Below are positions 1 to 9,598 of a stretch of 64,000 bases of DNA, piece by piece. The position numbers and the translations under genes were made by a program. Position 1 is the first letter of the stretch, and each line of letters starts with the position of its first letter. The notes under the pieces were generated by a model. It searched no databases. It saw nothing but the letters and a program-made list of their open reading frames with translations, and was not told the DNA's origin. Location: positions 1 through 64,000 of the forward strand of contig CAWEPZ010000008.1 in the NCBI GenBank assembly GCA_963811105.1, in the 5' to 3' direction. The stretch comes from Candidatus Bathyarchaeota archaeon (lineage in GTDB: Archaea; Thermoproteota; Bathyarchaeia; Bathyarchaeales; Bathycorpusculaceae).

Positions 1-79
1 TGAATCCCAATCACCAACAAGCATTGAGGTCAAACAACCACTTTAATAAGCGGAAGCTGCAAGCTCTACCCGTAAGAAC

Positions 80-790
80 TTAAGTAAGGTTGGATTTTGG
101 CCGCTCTCCTGACCTCAATAATCGCCGCCGCACATCTTTAGTGATCGGTTTTGAAAAACCCCTGCAAGGGCGGGACCCCTCGCCCAACCTGGGAGCATTA
201 TCCCATATCCGTACACAAATGCCGCCTCCTTCAGACCCCCGATTACATTGGCTTGTATCCAGGAATTATCCCTGGCACTAAATCCGTCGATATTGATCAC
301 TCTGCATTCACCGCCAAGCTTCCAAAGACAAGAAATATCGAGTCAATTTGGTCCTGTCCTTCGCGCTCGTCTTCATGCGGTCTCGATCACCACTGATTAC
401 TTCATTGAAGGAGCTTGCCGTTGTTCAACCCAGCATTCTCAGCGGAGAAACCTCGGGTCTATTTTTGTTGTACGATGATATAATCCTCATGGCATTTCCC
501 TTCTTTGCCTGTAGAAAGCCTAGGAATATCCAAATGATGAAGCGCAGCGTTCTCTCGCAGCCGCCGTTTTTGCCAAAGGCAGAGTGGAACGGGCAATACA
601 ATGGCTTTTCGTTAAAGTTTTGTCTTGGCGATTGGATTCTTGCCGTTTTTTCGATGTCAGGATATGACATTATCGCATTTGAAGTGAGTCCTGACCTAAT
701 AAACTGGGTAGTGCTGATAGTTTCAGGCGTGTTGTTGAGCAATCATTTTCAAAAGAGCTACGCGTTTGGCAGGGAGAAAAAACGAAGATC
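80..790 (+). pseudogene. Multi-frameshifted integral membrane protein (hypothetical family with YPYT..., QPS.LSGET, YNPHGIF motifs)
   Basis: Stitching frames gives KVGFW.ALLTSIIAAA.LVIGFE.PARAGP.AQPGSIIPYPYTNAASF...LAVVQPSILSGET...YNPHGI...VESLG...YDIIAFEV..LINWVVLIVSGVLLS. Many indels (decay or poor consensus). Boundaries approximate. Confidence 0.6.
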
Positions 791-814
791 TTCAAAACTG
801 CGGGGGAGTAAATC

Positions 815-1066
815 ATGTTAGAACAAGAAATGAGAATTAAACAAAAGGAGAAGGAAAAATCGTGTCAAGTGGCTGGTTAGGGGTGTTCCTCTGGAATTGG
901 GCGAGAACTCGTTCAGCGATTGAATAAAAGTGGCTATGCGGTCGTAGCGACAGCTATGTATGTGGAAACTTTGGATGACGTTGAGGCTGCTCTCAGGTTA
1001 CTGCTGGATGTTACCCAGCGTTTTTTTACTGGTGAATTGGGGCTGAATTTAGTGTTTGTGCCCTGA
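815..1066 (+). pseudogene. SDR-family oxidoreductase N-terminal fragment
   Basis: Frame from ATG 815 reads ...QVAG*GCSSGIGRELVQRLNKSGYAVVATA...LLLDVTQ. This is the Rossmann TGxSSGIG motif with an in-frame TAG, and the frame ends after about 84 codons. Confidence 0.7.
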
Positions 1067-1299
1067 AACCATGGGTCTTGAAAACGAAACTGGCAGATAA
1101 GTTGGAGAAGTGAAGTTAGCATCCGCAAATATTAGTGAGCTATCTGCAAGAAGAAATACTGATAAAACATTGCCAACATCTTAATTCTTTTAATAATAGC
1201 CAAGCTGTTAGTTTGATTTTACCTTAAGAGTTTTTCGTCAAACATCTTCAACTAAGCTCGAAGTGATTAGTCAAGGTTTCTTTGCTTTTACTGATCAGA

Positions 1300-1512
1300 T
1301 TAACCGTCGATGCCTCCTAGCTCAAACCGTCGAAAAAACGCCAAGTCCGCCTTGGCCTTCTCAATCTTCTTAATTGCATTCAACCGGGAACGAGTAACAT
1401 TGGGCGCCTCAACTCTTAGTTTACGACCAATCCTATAATCAGTCAAACCCAACGCCTTCAGCCGCAAAATCTCCCGTTCACGAGCAGTCAAACCACAAGC
1501 ACAATTCACCAA
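1300..1512 (-). CDS. Small LuxR/sigma70-r4-like helix-turn-helix protein
   Basis: GLTAREREILRLKALGLTDYRIGRKL...VTRSRLNAIKKI matches the LuxR C-terminal HTH pattern. Confidence 0.7.
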   Translation of the reverse strand: MVNCACGLTAREREILRLKALGLTDYRIGRKLRVEAPNVTRSRLNAIKKIEKAKADLAFFRRFELGGIDG

Positions 1513-1568
1513 AACTAAGAGTCCTCCTTACTCTGAATCAAAGCTTCAACCTCTATACCCAATGAGCT

Positions 1569-2036
1569 TTAGAATTCTTCTTTTTCATGCTCCAAACCCT
1601 CTTCAACTCCGGTAGTTGAAACTTCATTCTCTGGCTCAATTGGCTCATCGTAGGAATCAAAAGCAAACCGAGTTAGAGCCCATGCATGCCCCCGCTTCTC
1701 AAAGAGGCATTTGCCAGTTTCAAAGTGCAAGCGCTTATTCATTCGCAAAATCCGCCGACTCACATCATAATACCTTAACGCAAAGTTGCCTCGCAAGTTG
1801 ACGTCCGCAGCCACAACCTTTGGCAAAACACCGGGCACTCAAGCTTCCCGAATCCGCTGCACAATCTCCCGATCAACCTCATCAAAAACCGCAAACCCCT
1901 CCACATCACCCACAGAATACTCAGCCTCTCCAATCCGCTCCAGCCGACGTCGGATCCCACGCAACTGCTCAAGGATACGCTCATTTTGCGCATAGACTCT
2001 GTTAGTCTTGATTTCATGCCATTTCTGTCGACCAAT
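1569..2036 (-). pseudogene. Mobile-element/provirus hypothetical protein, 5'-truncated with internal TGA
   Basis: One frame reads IGRQKWHEIKTNRVYAQNERILEQLRGIRRRLERIG...IREA*VPGVLPK...KRGHAWALTRFAF. Stop at 1839-1841; no start codon before the frame closes. Confidence 0.55.
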
Positions 2037-2110
2037 AAATCTAAAAGGAAAGAGTAAAATTCTTAAGGGAATACACTACTTAATTGGTAGTGAAATAAGG
2101 TCGTGAAGAA

Positions 2111-2800
2111 ATGACTTTAACTGTTAAGAAAGAACAAGAGCGCCTCGTTTCCAAAGGTGGTAATTCGTCAGTACTCTATCTGCCCAAAGAATACTTCTCA
2201 CCAGGTGAAAAGGTAAACTCTCGATTAGAAATAGATTCTGACGGAAACCTCAAAATGGTTTTAACAAAGAGACTCTTCAATTTCACATGCGATAAAATTA
2301 AGGACATTATTGGAAGCAATTTCTCAGTAGAATACGACAAAACGATAGCTGGCAATAGAATTTTTAACGCTACTCAAGGAGACTTGAGTGTAAGCTGCAC
2401 TAAGTCAACAAGGGATTTGGAGCCGACATATCTGACTGTTTCTAAGAGGTTTGAGATACAATCTCTCAAAGAGTACGCAAAGATGACTGATTATGTAAAG
2501 AGTTTGGCAAAGAAGAGTTTTGATGCTTATATTGAGCCGGAGGGAGATTTGGAAGCTGTCAATATCTACAAGAACCCTCAAAGATACAAACTTAAAGATG
2601 AAAATGAAGCAGTTGAGGCTCTGATAGGTACAGGAAAGAAAATTGAGTTTTCAGTTGTAGCCAGATTCAATAGTAAAAAGGACAATGAAGACCAAATAAG
2701 AAGGGCACTATCACGATTTGGAAGCCTAAAGGCTAAGCGTTTCTTTGATGAGCTGAGCCAAAGTTGTTATGATTGGATCGGCTTTAACTTTTCTATCTAA
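2111..2800 (+). CDS. Hypothetical protein with N-terminal AbrB/MazE-like swapped-hairpin motif
   Basis: N-terminus RLVSKGGNSSVLYLPKEYF.PGEKV resembles the AbrB-like GNS-x-x-(L/I)-x-(L/I)-P motif. The remainder is unrecognised. Confidence 0.55.
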   Translation: MTLTVKKEQERLVSKGGNSSVLYLPKEYFSPGEKVNSRLEIDSDGNLKMVLTKRLFNFTCDKIKDIIGSNFSVEYDKTIAGNRIFNATQGDLSVSCTKSTRDLEPTYLTVSKRFEIQSLKEYAKMTDYVKSLAKKSFDAYIEPEGDLEAVNIYKNPQRYKLKDENEAVEALIGTGKKIEFSVVARFNSKKDNEDQIRRALSRFGSLKAKRFFDELSQSCYDWIGFNFSI

Positions 2801-3295
2801 GCCAACAAATGTAGCGGTAATGGCATTATCAATTTCCTCAATCTTTCCCACACCGGTCATCTTTGAGATTGCTGTACAAATAACCGGTAAATTTAATTTC
2901 CCAAAAAATTGCTTCCATTGATTAATCTCGTTTGCACAGTCTTCACGGCAAAGTATGATGGCGTAATGTGCCTTCTGAGCAATAGTTGTAGATTCAGGTG
3001 TTATCTTGCCTGGTGCATCGCCAATAACAACGACATGTTTGGAGGAAGCTTCTTCGAACAAAGTTGCTGCCTGCTCTGCAAGCTCTGGCGTCCATTTCTT
3101 TTCGGCTCTTTGACGTTGTTCCCAACCCTTGGATCCTTTAATGAATTCAAGTGTTGGGCTGGCAAGGTCCAAATCCTCTGCATAAGCATCGACGCCAAGG
3201 GAGCGTAGAGCTCTAGCTAAACTCTCAGCCAAGGTGCTTTTTCCTGAATTAGGTGGACCGCCAATTATGATTCGAGTTGGCAAGGCAATCACCAA
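2726..3295 (-). CDS. P-loop NTPase resembling the ATPase domain fused to Csx3 in some CRISPR loci
   Basis: Walker A IIIGGPPNSGKST, then KKWTPE, VVIGDAPGK, HYAIIL, WKQFF..LNLP. Confidence 0.65.
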   Translation of the reverse strand: MVIALPTRIIIGGPPNSGKSTLAESLARALRSLGVDAYAEDLDLASPTLEFIKGSKGWEQRQRAEKKWTPELAEQAATLFEEASSKHVVVIGDAPGKITPESTTIAQKAHYAIILCREDCANEINQWKQFFGKLNLPVICTAISKMTGVGKIEEIDNAITATFVGLDRKVKADPIITTLAQLIKETLSL

Positions 3296-3376
3296 CCAGA
3301 TTACTCCTATAACATAAAAAATTTGCCATAACTTGCTCGCCCTTAGAATTCGTCATAAAGTTTGGAGGGATAAGTT

Positions 3377-4669
3377 TTAGTCTCTCTGAAGTAAGAACTT
3401 ATCCTCGTTTAGCGTTTGAACGAGACTCCAGCCGTCATCAAGTTTCCGCATGAGATCGCTTTCGCCCTTGGCGATAATGTGTTTTCCTGCCTTTGGTGTC
3501 TGACTCTGAGCGGTGTTTGAGTTGTCCTTGAATTTGTGGAACTCTTCTATAGCTTCGCTGACATCCTTTGCTCTTGCGAGAGCATCTTCAAGCTTTCTTA
3601 ATTGTTCAGGTTCATAGCCCTGCAGTTTGGCGAAATCTAATAGCATTTGACTTCTAAGCTTCTTCTCCTCTGTTGGAACAGCATTAACCGTTAAATGTGG
3701 AATAGCCTTTCGATATTCGCCCAATTGCAAATGTTCTTCAGCCTTAAAATAACTCATATCCAAGTAAAGCCCTTGATGACCCATCCATCGTTCGCGGTAA
3801 GAAGCATCAACGCCTATGCAGTTTGAACGGAAATATTTTCTTAAGGTATGAATGTGTAGGATATGGAAGTAGTTGGTTTTCTGGGCTAATCCAGTTTTCT
3901 CAAGCAATCTGGTCCAAGCTTTACGGTAGCCGTTTCCCCCAAGGAATGTACCTTTATAGGCAAAGTCGGTTATTAACGGGCTCTCGGGGGTTATGGTCTC
4001 ACGTGCATTTTTTCTCTCGGCAAGGTATTCTTGCAAAGCTGTTTTTGCTTCAGGTGTTATGAAAGTGCAGAAAAAGCGTCCGGCTGCTCTGCCCTTATTT
4101 GAGAATTTACGGCCAAGTCTTCTTTCAACGGTTAGCCTTGCTACGTCTGGGTAGTTAAAATCAACATCTCCGACTCTCAAGCTTAGAAACGTGCCAATTC
4201 TCAAACCGCTACTGGTACACCCAAAGATTACAAACCGATCTCTGGCACTTGATGCATGAGCAAGAAGTTTTTTCAACTCATCTTTTGTCGGGGCTCTGTC
4301 TTCCTCGGTTATCTGGGTTGCTGTTGGGAGTTCAATTTTTTTCCAGTCAACTTTTACACCGTTAAGATCCAGCCACTTTTTGACTCCATAAACGTAAAGT
4401 CTAACTGACTTGTGGCTTCTTCCCAACTCATCTAAAGCGTAGTCAATGAAGGAATCAACTTTAGCGCCTGCATCGACTTTGCCCTCAAGCATTGCTGTAA
4501 GCGCTGTTTCTGGGTCTTGAAAGCCTGAGTATTTTATGAATGGTATTATTCCGTTAATGTAATTAGAAACTGTCTTGTCACTACCCATCCTTCTTGAGCC
4601 AGTTATGGAATCATAAATTTTCTTAACGCTTGGGTATTTTTCTATGTACTCAACAGCGAATCTTCGCAT
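3377..4669 (-). mobile_element. Tyrosine recombinase/integrase (intact)
   Basis: 430 aa with catalytic motifs SGLRIG (R), HTLRKYF (HxxR), WMGH and YLDMSY (Y). Confidence 0.92.
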
Positions 4670-4893
4670 TTTAATCCCTGAAAATATTTATGGTCTAAGG
4701 CATATTTATAGTTAATCGCCCGTTAGTGGACTGTTTATTCGGGTAAGATAAGCGTCACTTTATTTTTAACCAATTTTTCCCCAAAATTTTATTTATTTAG
4801 CTATTTACTTGGGAATTTCTTATTTTATTGTTATTTTTTAGTGAGAAACTTTAAGTAAAACTAACAGAAGAAAACAATGAAAATCGCTCATTC

Positions 4894-6045
4894 TTATAGA
4901 GGTTTGTCGGTTGGTTTGTTTTCAGGCAAAGATGAGGGTGGGGTTATAATTGGCTGCTCGGTAGTTTTTTTACCTCTGGATAGCAATTTCCAAGCGATTA
5001 TTGGTGCCCAACCGCTGATGATCATAACCGTTCCTGGGAATCCGCCGATATTTCGTCCAACAATTGGTAAAAGCCATTTTATTATGTCACCCAAGAAGGC
5101 TTCCCATATGCCGAAAGCTAAAGCCATCGCCACTGTGGCTATAAAGGCTGTTCTTTTACCAAATTTATTGAACGTTTGTACTGCGAGGACACCTGCGAAG
5201 AAGAAGTCACCTAAACCCAGCCCCCTGAATGCTATGCCACCTTGCGAAATGATTATTGGAATATTTGGAAAGTAAACTAGTGTTGGAAGCCCAAGTCCAG
5301 TGAATTGTTTTGCTGCGCCAACCATTACTGGGGTAAATATGATCGAAATAATATCCCAAATGGTTATCAGCACCGCAAAAATGGTCACTGTTTTCCAAGT
5401 AAATATTGAGCTAAGGTACAAAATTATCAAAATAGCAAATGTTAACCCGAAAACATCCATAAGAAAAGGAAACCACACCTGGAAACTGCCGCCGTAGATA
5501 AAGTTAAAGAATATGAATAAAAGGACGAACATCGCTGGGGGCTGAACTGCCAGATACCATTTCTCTTTTGTTGAAGTACTGTTTTCTTCAATAATCATGG
5601 CTGCAAAACAAAATACTGCTAAACCGAAAAACGCAACAGGTCTGTAAATAATAAACCCATCTTGAAATGGACCTAAAATGCTAACAAACCCAGCGATAAA
5701 GCCACCTATACCGAAACCGAGAGAAAGCAACTGTGCTCTATTTTTTGAGAGATTGGAGAAGACATATGAAAACGTAAAAAGCAACGTGGTGTAAGAGAAG
5801 AGAAAGAATAAGAGAAGGATATTTGGGAAAATCGCGCCAGGATTAATTATAGACGTATATGCTATTGCAGAAACTATTATCGCCATAGCAGCAACAAGAA
5901 GGATTACGTCTCTCACCTTGAACTCCTTCTGCTCTACCGTTGTCATCAGTTTTCCTTGAACTCGTTTGTTCAAAAGCATAGCAACAGAAACCACAATTAA
6001 AAGCGCAATTGGCATTGCAATGTCAAGTGAAGGCATAGAGAGCAA
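4894..6045 (-). CDS. Presenilin/signal-peptide-peptidase family intramembrane aspartyl protease
   Basis: Polytopic membrane protein with ITIWD and GLGLGDFF (GxGD) catalytic motifs. Confidence 0.85.
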   Translation of the reverse strand: MLSMPSLDIAMPIALLIVVSVAMLLNKRVQGKLMTTVEQKEFKVRDVILLVAAMAIIVSAIAYTSIINPGAIFPNILLLFFLFSYTTLLFTFSYVFSNLSKNRAQLLSLGFGIGGFIAGFVSILGPFQDGFIIYRPVAFFGLAVFCFAAMIIEENSTSTKEKWYLAVQPPAMFVLLFIFFNFIYGGSFQVWFPFLMDVFGLTFAILIILYLSSIFTWKTVTIFAVLITIWDIISIIFTPVMVGAAKQFTGLGLPTLVYFPNIPIIISQGGIAFRGLGLGDFFFAGVLAVQTFNKFGKRTAFIATVAMALAFGIWEAFLGDIIKWLLPIVGRNIGGFPGTVMIISGWAPIIAWKLLSRGKKTTEQPIITPPSSLPENKPTDKPL

Positions 6046-6218
6046 AATAATCAGCGACCAATTTATTTGTTTAGCAAAAAACCAAGAAAAAATTCGAGAG
6101 TTTGAGTGACTGGACAGGATTCTTAAATTTCACCCTGTTATTCGCCACTAAATTATGTCTGCATGGAACGAGCATAATATTTAGCCAAGGCAGTTCAATT
6201 ACAAAAGATCAAGCCCAA

Positions 6219-7073
6219 TCAGCAATTAAAATGCACGTTCAAAATGGCTAACGAAGCCAAAAGAGCCTCTTCCGTTCGCACCGTTGCTGTTCCTTGCTCA
6301 GGAATCGTATTCACCACAAAATCAACGATTCTATCAAGTTTTGCTCCTTCGGCTTTGGCGATTTCATGCAATCCACGTGATGGGGCGCCAAAGGCCACTA
6401 AAATATTCTGGCTACTGCACCATTTTTTCTCTATTTCATCTTTGACTGCTGTGAACTTTTCGCCAAGCCTTGCAGTTGCAATTGTCAAGTCAAAGCCGCC
6501 TTCAGTAACTAAACTCACGAATGGTTGTTTCTCGACATGGACTTTAAAGCCCCAATAAACCGGAACATCATCGCGATTTACCGGTTGCACTTCAACGCGC
6601 TTACCAACGTTAACGATTTGCAAAGTTAAGCGGTCGCCGACAGCATACTGTTTCTCTCTTAGGATGGCCGGTTCTTCAATGCCTATGTTCACAAGCAAGC
6701 CTTCCTTAGCTTGGGAAAGAATCAAGCCTTCACGATAATCGCCTACTGTCAAGTCCAGTGTTTTGCCGCTCGTGGGATGATGAGGCGTACGTAGAGGGGG
6801 CAGGATTCCCGCAAATTGTAGACGAGTCTCTATTCTGAAAAGTCCCTTACGGAGGTATTGCGGCGTCTCCAAATAGTTAAGCAAAAGAGCGGTAAAATCC
6901 AGGTCCTCGACCTGGTTAACATCAGGGTTGTCAGGGTAAAGAATAATTTCGTCAACCCTGAAAATAGCTGCTGTTCTTCCAATCAAGCCGATTTTGGAAG
7001 TTTTCTCTCGCAAATGCGGGGTATCAGCTATTGTGGATGCTGGAATGGCAATTGCAATTTTCTTTTTATCCAT
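6219..7073 (-). CDS. SPOUT-class RNA methyltransferase (DUF171/MTH1-like)
   Basis: YLETPQYLRK, GILPPLRTPHH, AFGAPSRGL, NTIPEQGTATVRTEEA. Confidence 0.9.
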   Translation of the reverse strand: MDKKKIAIAIPASTIADTPHLREKTSKIGLIGRTAAIFRVDEIILYPDNPDVNQVEDLDFTALLLNYLETPQYLRKGLFRIETRLQFAGILPPLRTPHHPTSGKTLDLTVGDYREGLILSQAKEGLLVNIGIEEPAILREKQYAVGDRLTLQIVNVGKRVEVQPVNRDDVPVYWGFKVHVEKQPFVSLVTEGGFDLTIATARLGEKFTAVKDEIEKKWCSSQNILVAFGAPSRGLHEIAKAEGAKLDRIVDFVVNTIPEQGTATVRTEEALLASLAILNVHFNC

Positions 7074-7170
7074 GGTAATTTTGTTTCCTATGGCTTGTTA
7101 ATTGTATGACGCGTTGAGCTTAAAAGTAGGCGATGAGATATAAAACTGCGGGTTGCCGGGGGATATCAAA

Positions 7171-8274
7171 ATGACCAAATCCATTCTAGATGAAACTGAA
7201 AGAATTAACTCTGTGGACAAGAGTGGCATGATTAAATTCTGTGTTGACGCTGCTAAACTTTATGGCAAAGCGGTCCAGCTCTCCGATAAAATCAAAGTAA
7301 GGTTTCCTAAACCTGACAACATCGTTGTGGCAGGCATGGGAGGTTCAGGAATTGGTGGAGATGTATTAAAAGACTGGACAAGAAGCAAAACTGATGTATC
7401 CATTGAAGTTAATCGTGAATACAATCTTCCAGCTTATGCAAATGAGAAAACTCTTGTATTTTTAACAAGCTATTCCGGCGATACAGAAGAATCGCTTAGT
7501 GCTTTCCTCGATGCGCTAAAGCGTAAATGTATGATTTTCTGTGTAAGTAGCGGCGGTGCTCTTTTAGAGAATGCTGAAAGGCTAAATGTGCCTTATCTGC
7601 GTGTTCCAGGTGGCATGCCTCCTCGCGCAGCGCTCCCATACATGTTTGTTCCCCTATTGATTTGCGTTCAGAAAATGGGGTTGGCAACGAGTGCCTCAGA
7701 GGAGCTCAGCGAATCTGTGGCACTTTTAGATAAAATCAGTATGGATAATTCGCCCCAAAAACTAGCGGTAGAGAACCCGGCCAAAACCTTAGCCCTCAAC
7801 GTTGGTCAAACTGCTCCTGTGGTTTATGGGTTTGGAGTTTATCGCAGTGTAGCCATGCGAATTAAGCAGCAGTTTAATGAGAACAGCAAGATTCCGGCAA
7901 AATGGGAGGTTTTCTCTGAACTTAACCATAATGAGATTATTGGGTGGGAAAAAGTCGGGAAATTGGGCAAATGCTTCTCTACTATTTTTATAAGGGATAG
8001 GCTAGAAGAGCCGGTTGAGATTCGATGCAGAATCCAAATCACAAAAGAACTTATCGAAAAAGCAGGCTTAAGTCAATTTGAAATCCAGGTTCAAGGTAAG
8101 TGTCCTTTGGCAAAGATGCTGTCAACCGTTTGCGTCGGCGACTTCACAAGCGTCTACTTGGCAGTTCTGCGTGGGGTTGACCCAACTCCTGTTAGAACTA
8201 TAAACTATCTGAAAGATACACTCAAACAAAACGGCGTGAAAGAAAAAATATTGAGCGAATTGGCTAATCTTTAA
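7171..8274 (+). CDS. Bifunctional phosphoglucose/phosphomannose isomerase
   Basis: GMGGSGIGG, SYSGDTEE, PPRAA, KQQFNENSK, ELNHNEI. Start taken at ATG 7171. Confidence 0.92.
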   Translation: MTKSILDETERINSVDKSGMIKFCVDAAKLYGKAVQLSDKIKVRFPKPDNIVVAGMGGSGIGGDVLKDWTRSKTDVSIEVNREYNLPAYANEKTLVFLTSYSGDTEESLSAFLDALKRKCMIFCVSSGGALLENAERLNVPYLRVPGGMPPRAALPYMFVPLLICVQKMGLATSASEELSESVALLDKISMDNSPQKLAVENPAKTLALNVGQTAPVVYGFGVYRSVAMRIKQQFNENSKIPAKWEVFSELNHNEIIGWEKVGKLGKCFSTIFIRDRLEEPVEIRCRIQITKELIEKAGLSQFEIQVQGKCPLAKMLSTVCVGDFTSVYLAVLRGVDPTPVRTINYLKDTLKQNGVKEKILSELANL

Positions 8275-9341
8275 GCGTTTTCAGCTATGAACTTTGCGAA
8301 TTCTTTTTCGGCAGTTTCCAGTGACATTATTTGTGGTGGACGTTTAAATCCGTAAGCGCAAACTTGTTCTACCGCACCTTTAAGTTTCCTGTTCAAAGCC
8401 AGTTTTACAGCGCGAACCACATCAAAGAGAACGCTGCCAGCGTTTGGTGCATCAACGGTTTGAAATTTGAGGTCAATCTTCATTGGCGCGTTACAAAAGT
8501 ACACGCCGCTTATCCAGAAATAACTATCACGTTTGTTCTGCAGAAAATCAACATAATCCGTCGACCCTGCCACAATTTCAGCCTTGTACGGTAACGATGC
8601 AGCAACCGATTCCGTTTTTATGCTTCTTTTTGCATCACGACTGCGGTCCATGGTATCCATGGATTCTGTTCCTCCGCCAACATCCAGCTGATAAGTCTCA
8701 TCAATTTTTACCCCGTTATCTGAAAGAAGCTTTAGCAGAGTTTTGTGCAACGCAGTTGATCCAACCTGATCCACCAAGTCGTCACCGATAAGCGGAAGGT
8801 TCGCATCAGTGAACCGTTTAGCCCACGCTACATCGCTTGCAATAAAGTTTGGCGTAGCATTTACAAAAGCACATCCTGCTGCCAAAGCTTGTTCAGCATA
8901 CCATTGAGAAGCTTTCAAAGCTCCACTGGGCAATAAACTAATCATTACTTCAGCGCCAGCTTCCCTGAGAACTTCCGCAACATTCGCATCAGGTGCATTG
9001 CAGACCTGAACAATGGCTTTACTTGATCTACCTAAACCGTCAAGCAATGGTCCCTTACTAACTCTAACGTCCATCGAAGGCACGTTGGATACTTTTGGTG
9101 CATTATTTGGCAGAGCAAAAATAGCTTCGGAGAGGTCTTTTCCAACTTTTCGTTCGTCAACGTCAAAAGCAGCAACCACTGCTATGTCTTTTGGGCTTAA
9201 ACCTGCCAAAATGGGGTTGCGCAGACCAACACAATCTTCCGCTTTGTTGAATTTAGCGTAATATTGGATGCCTTGGATGAAGGCTGAGGCGCAGTTTCCA
9301 ACGCCGATTAATGCAACTTTTACTTTAGGCATTTGTGGCAC
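8271..9341 (-). CDS. ino1: myo-Inositol-1-phosphate synthase
   Basis: IGVGNCASA, VAAFDVDERKVGKDLSEAIF, GDD..DQVGST, DAPNAG. Confidence 0.88.
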   Translation of the reverse strand: MPQMPKVKVALIGVGNCASAFIQGIQYYAKFNKAEDCVGLRNPILAGLSPKDIAVVAAFDVDERKVGKDLSEAIFALPNNAPKVSNVPSMDVRVSKGPLLDGLGRSSKAIVQVCNAPDANVAEVLREAGAEVMISLLPSGALKASQWYAEQALAAGCAFVNATPNFIASDVAWAKRFTDANLPLIGDDLVDQVGSTALHKTLLKLLSDNGVKIDETYQLDVGGGTESMDTMDRSRDAKRSIKTESVAASLPYKAEIVAGSTDYVDFLQNKRDSYFWISGVYFCNAPMKIDLKFQTVDAPNAGSVLFDVVRAVKLALNRKLKGAVEQVCAYGFKRPPQIMSLETAEKEFAKFIAENA

Positions 9342-9598
9342 CTTGTTTGGCTTCTTTATTTGCTATTGGATTATAAAAAGTTACGCCGACGTTAACGCTC
9401 TTGGCAAAACGCTCTCGACAAGATGCTGATTTCGTTATTTCGGTAGTTGTTTGTTTTTTCTTTTCTTAGTCTGTGTATTCATGTAATAAGTGTTTTAAAC
9501 AAAATTAGTTGCCTTTATGCAGAGGTTGACAGTGTTGATCTTCTTTTGATAAGGCTCCCAAAAAGAAAAAGAGGAATGATTTTTTGAAGTGTGCTGTT

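Noticed and set aside
23-300. Possible structured ncRNA (10-bp inverted repeat ATTGAGGTCA/TGACCTCAAT at 23-32 and 110-119)
   Set aside because: The region is better explained as a frameshifted membrane-protein gene on the + strand, and a single short helix can arise by chance.
878-1841. Pyrrolysine or selenocysteine recoding at the in-frame TAG (878-880) and TGA (1839-1841)
   Set aside because: Both genes are also truncated, neither position is a Cys or catalytic site, and no recoding machinery is visible. Simple nonsense mutations or errors are more likely.
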